64,000 bases of DNA, taken from contig CAKRMZ010000004.1 of the NCBI GenBank assembly GCA_934365155.1, positions 2,283 through 66,282 of the forward strand. The letters run 5' to 3'. Below, piece by piece: positions 55,897 to 63,154 of this stretch (its first letter is position 1; every line of letters starts with the position of its first letter). The notes under the pieces are model-generated. The model was not told the DNA's origin and did not search any database. It worked only from the letters and a program-made list of their open reading frames with translations. The translations under genes and the position numbers were made by a program. The DNA is from an uncultured Eubacteriales bacterium (GTDB taxonomy: Bacteria > Bacillota > Clostridia > Oscillospirales > CAG-272).

Positions 55897-56745
55897 TTAA
55901 AAGGAGTTTTCTCCCCCGGTTTCATATTCAACCTGTATCAGAATCTTCATAATAAAACGGTTCGGATCGCTCTCCGCAAGCTCGTCAAGCAGATATTCCT
56001 CATAAGCGTTGCCGGTGATCCTAAGTCCCTTTTCTTTTATAAATGCGAGTAAATCGCTGTAAATACACTCCGTCTCTCCGTAATCTCCGTGCACATAACC
56101 GACGGTATACAGTCCCTTCGGGATCACGGCGTTGGCACCTACGAAATCCTTTAAGGTAAAGCACATATTGGAGACAATCCCACTCTTACCGGCGATGATG
56201 TTTTCCTTGCTCTTCATTTGTCCGCTTGAAAATATCAGCGGAAAATTCAGATTTTCGCACTTTTTATAAAAGCGTATGATAAAATCATCGTCAATGTCAC
56301 CGAGAGAACAGTTGACGTCATCGCCGACGTACAGCGGAATATCCTCTTTGATCTCCATAACGGAAAACAGCGGAAACGATTTTTTTGAAATTTCTTTTCC
56401 GAATGTAATCTGTTCAATACGCAGACGGATCATATTTTCAAGCATTCGGTATCTATACAGCTTTTCCTCCGCCTCCTTTTGTTGCTTTCGGAGTATTTCT
56501 ATCGCGGTGTCGGGAGAAATATGATCCACAATTGTCTTTATTTTCTTCAGCGGAACGCCCATTTCACTGAGCATCAAAATCAAACTGATGACGTTAATCT
56601 GACTTCTGGAATACAAACGGTATTTGTTATTCAAGACATTTATCGGCTTAAAAAGTCCGATACGGTCATAGTAGATAAGGGTTTGTCTGCTGATTCCCAT
56701 CAGTTTCGCGAAATCAGAGATTGTAAAAAAATTATTTAAAACCAT
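55897..56745 (-). CDS. MerR-family regulator with a GyrI-like effector domain (BmrR-type)
   Basis: N-terminal FTISDFAKLMGISRQTLIYYDRIGLFKP HTH, a coiled-coil linker, and a C-terminal domain of about 150 aa. Confidence 0.85.
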   Translation of the reverse strand: MVLNNFFTISDFAKLMGISRQTLIYYDRIGLFKPINVLNNKYRLYSRSQINVISLILMLSEMGVPLKKIKTIVDHISPDTAIEILRKQQKEAEEKLYRYRMLENMIRLRIEQITFGKEISKKSFPLFSVMEIKEDIPLYVGDDVNCSLGDIDDDFIIRFYKKCENLNFPLIFSSGQMKSKENIIAGKSGIVSNMCFTLKDFVGANAVIPKGLYTVGYVHGDYGETECIYSDLLAFIKEKGLRITGNAYEEYLLDELAESDPNRFIMKILIQVEYETGGENSF

Positions 56746-56758
56746 TGCACTTACCCTC

Positions 56759-56789
56759 TTGACTGTATAGTTACTATATAGTATACAAT
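56759..56789 (+). promoter_or_regulatory. MerR-type promoter with a 19-bp spacer containing a palindrome
   Basis: TTGACT (56759-56764), 19-nt spacer GTATAGTTACTATATAGTA containing TATAGT-t-ACTATA, then TACAAT (56784-56789). Confidence 0.75.
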
Positions 56790-56838
56790 ACCATGAGTAT
56801 ACAATTTCGTCAAGAAATCGGAGGAAATTATTTGTTTT

Positions 56839-58572
56839 ATGAAACTAATCTTACGGTTTTTGAAACCGCACCGAAAGCTGTGCGTTTTCACAACCTTGTT
56901 TATGGCGCTGGATATGGTAGGGATGATGCTGATTCCCACCTATGCTGCCGAAATGCTGAATAAAGGTTCTTCTGCCGTCACCGGCTTTAGCGAGCTTCTG
57001 AACACCGGCATCAAAATGCTTGTCGCAGCGGCAATAGCCGGAGCCGGCGCCATCATCGGCGGATATGTTTGCGCAAAGCTCGCGGCAAGAGTCGGCGCAG
57101 ATATCCGCAAGGCGCTCTATAAAAAATCGCTTGCACTCTCCGTCTATGATTTTCAGACCTTCGGCACGGCATCCATGACCACCCGAACCGTTTCCGACGT
57201 GGCAACCGTTCAGTTTGCCGTCGTCAGCATTTTTCAGATGATGCTGCCCGTTCCGATCATTTTTGTTGCGGCAATCGTCCTGACGTTTATGAAGGATCGG
57301 CTTATCGGTTTTGTGCTGCTCGCGGTGCTCGCAGTAATCGTTTTGATTGCAAATTTTATCATGCGAAGCGCATCGCCGCTTTTTCGGAAACTGCAAGGGC
57401 TGCTTGATAAAATGAGCACGATTCTGCTCGAAAATATCACCGGTGTTCGTGTTGTCCGTGCGTTCAACAAGCAGGAACACGAAACCGAAAGACTGAACGC
57501 ATCCTTCCGCGACTACAAAACGACATCCGTCAAAGCCAACCGAATGTTTGCGGGGCTTGACTCGCTGACAAATTTTTCAATCAACCTTTTTGTCGTGCTT
57601 GTCTATTGGATCAGCGGCAGCCGCATCGTTTCGGGAGTGTTCGGCGACGGCGATATCGTGGCAATTATCGAATATGCCATTATGGCGCTGTTCAGCGTGA
57701 TGATGGCGCAGTTTGTAATCCTCTCATTCCCGCGCGCGATGGAATGTTTGAACCGAATCAACGAAGTTTTGTCATACACCCCCGGAATCAAGGACAAAAA
57801 GGAAAGCGACATATCGCTTACCGAGCAAGAAAATGTTCTCGCCTTTGAAAATGTGTCCTTCCGCTATGCCGATTCCGACGAATACACACTAAAAGGCCTT
57901 GGTTTTATCTGCAAAAAGGGGCAAACCACTGCAGTAATCGGCGGGACAGGAAGCGGCAAATCCACCGTTGCGTCCCTGATGCTCCGCTTCAACGATGTTA
58001 CCGACGGACGCATTACGCTCGGCGGAGCGGACATCCGCGACATGCCGCAAAGACAGCTCCACGAGAATATTTCCTATGTGCAACAGCGCGCATGGCTGTT
58101 TTCGGGTACAATTGCCGAAAACCTTCGCTACGGGAACAACTCCGCCACCGATGAAGAGCTGATGCATGCGCTGGATATTGCGCAGGCGGGAGATTTTGTC
58201 CGCGCGCTGCCCAAGGGACTGAATTCCTTTGTGGCGCAGGGCGGAACAAACTTTTCGGGCGGTCAGAAGCAACGCCTTTCAATTGCCCGTGCCATTGTAA
58301 AAGATCCCCGGCTTTACATTTTTGACGACAGTTTTTCCGCTCTCGATTTCAAGACCGACGCCGCGCTCCGCAAAGCCCTCTTGAAAGAAAAAAGCGACAA
58401 AGCAATCGTTATTATCGCACAGAGAGTCAGCTCCATTCAGCACGCCGATCAGATCATTGTCTTAAACGAGGGCGCACCAGTCGGTATCGGCAAACATGAA
58501 GAGCTGCTCCGGAGCTGTGACATATACCGAGAGATATACGAATCCCAGACAAAGGAGGTAGACGAAAGATGA
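56839..58572 (+). CDS. ABC exporter half-transporter, subunit with degenerate Walker B
   Basis: 577 aa. Walker A GGTGSGKST, signature FSGGQKQR, Walker B LYIFDDSFSALD (Asp instead of Glu). Confidence 0.9.
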   Translation: MKLILRFLKPHRKLCVFTTLFMALDMVGMMLIPTYAAEMLNKGSSAVTGFSELLNTGIKMLVAAAIAGAGAIIGGYVCAKLAARVGADIRKALYKKSLALSVYDFQTFGTASMTTRTVSDVATVQFAVVSIFQMMLPVPIIFVAAIVLTFMKDRLIGFVLLAVLAVIVLIANFIMRSASPLFRKLQGLLDKMSTILLENITGVRVVRAFNKQEHETERLNASFRDYKTTSVKANRMFAGLDSLTNFSINLFVVLVYWISGSRIVSGVFGDGDIVAIIEYAIMALFSVMMAQFVILSFPRAMECLNRINEVLSYTPGIKDKKESDISLTEQENVLAFENVSFRYADSDEYTLKGLGFICKKGQTTAVIGGTGSGKSTVASLMLRFNDVTDGRITLGGADIRDMPQRQLHENISYVQQRAWLFSGTIAENLRYGNNSATDEELMHALDIAQAGDFVRALPKGLNSFVAQGGTNFSGGQKQRLSIARAIVKDPRLYIFDDSFSALDFKTDAALRKALLKEKSDKAIVIIAQRVSSIQHADQIIVLNEGAPVGIGKHEELLRSCDIYREIYESQTKEVDER

Positions 58573-60380
58573 GTCAAGATCAGAAAAACGATACGGTCAT
58601 AGAAAAAGATGCACCGAAACACGCCATGCAAACCGCACGACGCCTGTTCGGGCAGTTAAAAAATCAGAAAGTCCGTCTGATCGTCGTCATTTTTTCCGTC
58701 ATTATTGCAACCGCTCTGAACATCCTGACGCCGTATTTCAGCGCCGATGTTATAGATTCTCTGATTGCTGCAGTCAAAACGGCAATTTCGACAGGCAGCC
58801 GTTTCAGCATCCCGTGGGAACCGCTGGGTAGACAACTCGTTATCATATCGATAATGTACGCCGCACAGACAGCATTCTACTTCTTTCAGTCCTTTCTCAT
58901 GGCAAGCGTTGCCGAAAAGCTGATTCTGACTCTCCGTGAGCAAATCAGTGATAAAATTCACAAATTGCCCTTAAAATTTTTCGACAGCAATAAGCCCGGT
59001 GAAATTCTTTCCAAGGTCACAAGTGACCTTGACAAAATTTCCGAGACGCTGCAAACCGGCCTTCTGCGGTTTATCACATCCATCGGAACGATCATCGGTT
59101 CCTTGGTCTTCATGCTTTATTTCAGTCCGCTTCTCACGTTGATTTTCATTGTATTTACAGCGGTAAGCTTTATCATCACAAAGCTTGTCGCGAGCAAAAA
59201 CCTTGATCTTTCCTCCGAGAGACAAGAGAAGGTTTCCGTTCTGACCGGGCTTGCCGAAGAATATTACACCGGTAGAAACGTCATTAAGGCTTACAATAAT
59301 GAAGAAAGCAGCATGGCGACAATGAACCGAGCAATTGAGGATGTTGCCGCAGCCAACGAGAAAACAGACTTTTTAACCAACAGCGTCAACCCCAGTATTC
59401 GCTTCTTATCAAGGCTTTCGCAGGCGGTCATTCTTTTGATCGGTTGCAACCGCATGATAAAGGGATTCATGACATTCGGTGCGATTCAAGCCTATTTTCA
59501 GTATATGGGAATGTGTTCCGAGCCGCTGACGGAAGCGGCATATATGATAAATGCCATGCAATCGGCGTTCGCCTCGGCCGAGAGAACGTTTGAGTTTTTG
59601 GATGACGCGGAAGAAATCAAGGACACCGATCATCCCGTCCCCTTAGAGCGCGCAAAAGGGATCGTTACTTTTGAAAACGTCAGTTTCGGATATTCCCCCG
59701 ATAAAATCCTCATGAAAAACATCAGTTTTACCGCAAAACAGGGACAAAAGGTTGCCATTGTCGGTGCAACCGGTGCCGGAAAAACAACACTGATCAATCT
59801 CCTGATGCGCTTTTATGAAGTCGGCGACGGCAGAATCACAGTCGATGGGATTCGGGCTACCGACCTCACGCGAAAAACGCTGCGAAGCAATTTCGGTATG
59901 GTCCTGCAGGACACCTGGCTCTTCCATGGCACCATTGCCGAAAACATCGCCTACGGCAAAGAGAACGCAACCCGCGCCGAGATCGAGGCGGCGGCCAAAA
60001 TGGCAAAAATTCATTACTTTATCAAAACCTTGCCACAGGGATATGATACGGTGTTAGATAACGACGCCGCCAATATCTCCGTCGGGCAAAGACAACTTCT
60101 GACAATTGCTCGGGTATTCCTTTGCAATCCGCCGATTCTGATTCTTGACGAAGCAACGTCAAGCGTAGACACGAGAACCGAGGCGGAAATCGGCAAAGCA
60201 ATGGCCTCGCTCATGGCAGGCAGAACCTCTTTTGTCATCGCACACCGGCTTTCCACGATCCGCGATGCGGACTGCATTCTATACATGGAAAACGGCAATA
60301 TCATCGAGCAAGGCAACCACACAGAGCTGCTGAAAAAAGGCGGCGCCTACGCCGCGCTGTATAACAGTCAGTTTGAATAA
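58569..60380 (+). CDS. ABC exporter half-transporter, subunit with consensus Walker B
   Basis: 603 aa with a 4-nt overlap on the upstream gene. Walker A GATGAGKTT, non-consensus signature ISVGQRQL, Walker B ILILDEATSSVD. Confidence 0.9.
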   Translation: MSQDQKNDTVIEKDAPKHAMQTARRLFGQLKNQKVRLIVVIFSVIIATALNILTPYFSADVIDSLIAAVKTAISTGSRFSIPWEPLGRQLVIISIMYAAQTAFYFFQSFLMASVAEKLILTLREQISDKIHKLPLKFFDSNKPGEILSKVTSDLDKISETLQTGLLRFITSIGTIIGSLVFMLYFSPLLTLIFIVFTAVSFIITKLVASKNLDLSSERQEKVSVLTGLAEEYYTGRNVIKAYNNEESSMATMNRAIEDVAAANEKTDFLTNSVNPSIRFLSRLSQAVILLIGCNRMIKGFMTFGAIQAYFQYMGMCSEPLTEAAYMINAMQSAFASAERTFEFLDDAEEIKDTDHPVPLERAKGIVTFENVSFGYSPDKILMKNISFTAKQGQKVAIVGATGAGKTTLINLLMRFYEVGDGRITVDGIRATDLTRKTLRSNFGMVLQDTWLFHGTIAENIAYGKENATRAEIEAAAKMAKIHYFIKTLPQGYDTVLDNDAANISVGQRQLLTIARVFLCNPPILILDEATSSVDTRTEAEIGKAMASLMAGRTSFVIAHRLSTIRDADCILYMENGNIIEQGNHTELLKKGGAYAALYNSQFE

Positions 60381-60760
60381 AGGCTCGAAATTCGGAATGC
60401 AAAATAAAAACCTCGCCGTAAGCGGAGTTGTTATAGGGAATTATTAAAACTAAATTATAGAATTGCGCTTTCAAACGATAACAAAAGGCTTTCAGAGGTT
60501 TTGAAGAGACACCAAACAACGGGGTCGTTTTCTATATATGGTGCGGAAAGGTATAGAAAATGAGTAAAATGAAACGAATTGTGGGTAAATTTTTGAATTT
60601 TTGTAATTTCACGCAAAGGTGTGGCATACAGGCTTGATTTTTTGCTAAAAATATGCTAATATATAAAAGACAAAACGTATCATATATTGATACGCGGAAC
60701 TATTAACGCCGAATAACCTGCAAAAAAATGCAAAACACAGGCAAAAGGAGTTGACAAGGT

Positions 60761-60856
60761 ATGACAAGTCTGCGACAATCATTAGCAAGTAAGCAAGACG
60801 TAAGTCTGCCCTTTGGGGCGAATATATTGAGCTTTAACGCACTGCTGCATAGGTAA
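60761..60856 (+). CDS. candidate 31-aa small ORF / leader peptide
   Basis: AAAGGAG 10 nt before ATG 60761. MTSLRQSLASKQDVSLPFGANILSFNALLHR. Its stop codon lies inside the following hairpin. Confidence 0.3.
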   Translation: MTSLRQSLASKQDVSLPFGANILSFNALLHR

Positions 60857-60886
60857 TAGCCTATGGGACGGTGCGATTTTGTTTTT
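60838..60886 (+). terminator. terminator/attenuator hairpin immediately upstream of the 60910 gene
   Basis: CGCAC...ATAGG-taatag-CCTAT...GTGCG followed by ATTTTGTTTTT, about 20 nt before the RBS AGGAGG of the next gene. Confidence 0.5.
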
Positions 60887-60909
60887 ATTAAAACGAAAAA
60901 GGAGGAAAA

Positions 60910-61779
60910 ATGGAAAAAGAATTAACTTCTCAGACAAAATTTACAAACCGTTACTTGAAGGACATCGAACAATGGAGAGAGCGCGAAGTCAACGGTTACA
61001 ACCGCAAGGTGGGTTTTGAACTGTCCGAAGCGTGGACGGGCGCTGTTATCGTATTTGCGTTGATGTTCACCGTCCTCGGGTATGCGTGGGCGTTCATCGC
61101 TACGGCATTGCCCGATTCTGTCGGCGCTACGTTAAAAGCATGTATAGGCGTCGGGGTTTATCTGATTTTCACGGCTTTGGTTGCGGTTTTTATGTCGAAG
61201 AAAAATCTGAAAAAATTCGTCGAAGTAAATCGCGGAGAGGTCGGGCACCGGGGAGAACCGTATTATAAAAAGATCGTTATTATGATTCCCGTGTCGCTCT
61301 TAATAGGCGTAGCCGTAAATGTTTGCCTGTGGTTTTTCGCGGTCAAAGACGTTAACAACTTCACTACTGATACCATGGGAACTCTTCAGCCGATTATCTG
61401 CGCGATACTGTATCCGTTCTTTTATTATCTTTCGACTTTGGTTTGCCTTTCGGGCTTACAGAAAAGAACCTGCCCGGTTTGCAGGCGTTTCGACAGCGTT
61501 GTGACGAAAAACACCGCAAGATACGGCAAAAAGCGCGAAGGTATGGAGCACGTAACAAAAACTCAGACGAAAAAGGTCGGAGAGAAGCAAACGATCGCAA
61601 GATATTCCGATGGGTCTACCCGTGTGGTTTCCTCAGAACCGATTTACGCGAACGTAGTCGTTGACGAGTACGACGTCGAATACGGAACGGTTATGAGCGA
61701 TTATATTACCTATTGCCGTCATTGCAGTTACATAAAACAGGGCACGCGCGAGCAGTCGTATAAGACAAGGGTCAATTGA
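60910..61779 (+). CDS. four-TM membrane protein with a C-terminal CxxC...CxxC zinc-ribbon-like domain (unknown function)
   Basis: 289 aa, RBS AAAGGAGGAAAAA. Four hydrophobic helices, then CPVCRRF...about 85 aa...CRHCSY. Confidence 0.7.
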   Translation: MEKELTSQTKFTNRYLKDIEQWREREVNGYNRKVGFELSEAWTGAVIVFALMFTVLGYAWAFIATALPDSVGATLKACIGVGVYLIFTALVAVFMSKKNLKKFVEVNRGEVGHRGEPYYKKIVIMIPVSLLIGVAVNVCLWFFAVKDVNNFTTDTMGTLQPIICAILYPFFYYLSTLVCLSGLQKRTCPVCRRFDSVVTKNTARYGKKREGMEHVTKTQTKKVGEKQTIARYSDGSTRVVSSEPIYANVVVDEYDVEYGTVMSDYITYCRHCSYIKQGTREQSYKTRVN

Positions 61780-61792
61780 GGAGGAAAGGAAA

Positions 61793-62488
61793 ATGATAGA
61801 AGAAAAAGTATTGTTTCAATCCCCTGCCAACGAAGAAACCGTTCTTGAAAAAAGAGAGAGAATGGAACGCTTTGGCTGGATACTTCAAGACAGCTCGTAC
61901 GATAGAGATAGAAACGTAACCAGGTTTTTATACACGCGCGATTTATCTTTACCCGAAAATCAGTGGAAAAAAGACTCGGAGGAGGACGCAGAGGACGCGC
62001 TTCTTGCCCAAAAGTTTGCCGAAAATAACATAGCGTACTGCGAGTACAGAAAAAAAGAAACGAAGAAGCCGCGTTCGCACACGGCGATTATAGTAATTAT
62101 GATAGCCTTTACCGTTCTGTGCGCGGCGCTTGCCTATCTGTTCCACGCGGATATTCTTGTCTACGGCAAGTTCGAAACAGCCGAGGAACTCGAGCATTTC
62201 AAGCAGACGTTCGTATACGATTTCCCGGACGGAAAAACGCTGTTCGGAAAAACAAGTTTTACCTATTCCGAATTAGTTAATTTCCTTACTCTTGCGCTCG
62301 GCGGTATAGCCGCAATTTTTCTGGCGGTCATAGTCATCATGAGAAGAAGTACGAGAAAGAACAAATTGATACAGAAATCCGAATACCGTTACCTTGAAGA
62401 ACGTCTGGAATATTTTGAGAATCTCGCTTTTGAAATGGAAGATCTTTACGACGAACTCAACGACTTGTCGGAACTTTTAAAAGAGTAA
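61793..62488 (+). CDS. two-TM membrane protein with soluble N-terminal domain and acidic C-terminal helix (unknown function)
   Basis: 231 aa, RBS GAGGAGGAAAGGAAA, starting 13 nt after the previous stop, so probably co-transcribed. Confidence 0.7.
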   Translation: MIEEKVLFQSPANEETVLEKRERMERFGWILQDSSYDRDRNVTRFLYTRDLSLPENQWKKDSEEDAEDALLAQKFAENNIAYCEYRKKETKKPRSHTAIIVIMIAFTVLCAALAYLFHADILVYGKFETAEELEHFKQTFVYDFPDGKTLFGKTSFTYSELVNFLTLALGGIAAIFLAVIVIMRRSTRKNKLIQKSEYRYLEERLEYFENLAFEMEDLYDELNDLSELLKE

Positions 62489-62694
62489 AAGCCGCGTAAA
62501 CCGCGCATAAACGCCGTTTTTAGACAAATTTATCATCTCAAACATCCGCTTAATGATTTCAACAACATATAGCAAAATTGGGTACAAATGTCAAGATGAA
62601 ATATCCCTTATATTTTCCCCCATTTATGCCGTATGTTAAAATTATTGTCGATTTAGTAATAAAAAGCATATTTAAGAAAAATAAGCAAAAATAC

Positions 62695-62810
62695 TTGGCG
62701 AACAAATGTTTGTATGTTATAATAAAATCGACTAAAAATTAAATAATCGGGATTGAAATCCGTGCGAAGAACGAGCCTATAAAGGCAAACGAAATCGCGC
62801 GGATTTTTTT
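62695..62810 (+). ncRNA. candidate small RNA (promoter plus an approximately 80-nt transcript plus terminator)
   Basis: TTGGCG, 17 nt, TATAAT (62718-62723). A 10-bp stem AATCCGTGCG/CGCGCGGATT (62757-62766 / 62796-62805) is followed by T7. No ORF lies between them. Confidence 0.3.
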
Positions 62811-63006
62811 GTCTGCGGATACAAATCGGAGGTTCTTTATGTAACGAAAATTAAAACTTAATACTTGTGTTTTAAGTCGGTGGTAGTAAAAATATCAGCG
62901 GCTTTTTTGTTGTCTTTCGGGAGGTAAAACAATGACAAATTACAATCAATATTACCCGCCGTAGCGTGAGAAAACTTTGAGAAAATGCGGAGCAAAATTT
63001 AGACTA

Positions 63007-63119
63007 TTGAGCAAAGTGTAGCACACTATACTTTGCTCTGCAAAATAGTGTGCTCTGCGAGGCTATGAATCCACTAATAAAATAGTCGGCAGCGATAATT
63101 TTCTACACACTTTGCTCAA
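63007..63119 (+). other. candidate oriT (nested inverted repeats upstream of the relaxase gene)
   Basis: Outer IR TTGAGCAAAGTGTAG (63007-63021) / CTACACACTTTGCTCAA (63103-63119). Inner hairpin GCACACTAT (63021-63029) / ATAGTGTGC (63045-63053). The ATAGTGTG core resembles the pMV158-family oriT as I recall it. Confidence 0.4.
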
Positions 63120-63154
63120 CGATTACAAAAACAAATTTCAGGAGGAAAATCATC

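Noticed and set aside
60541-60637. Small ORF ATG AGT AAA ATG AAA CGA ... (about 25 codons) at the left edge of the putative element
   Set aside because: It has only a weak RBS-like GAAAGG, no supporting feature and no conservation evidence, so it is too speculative to annotate.
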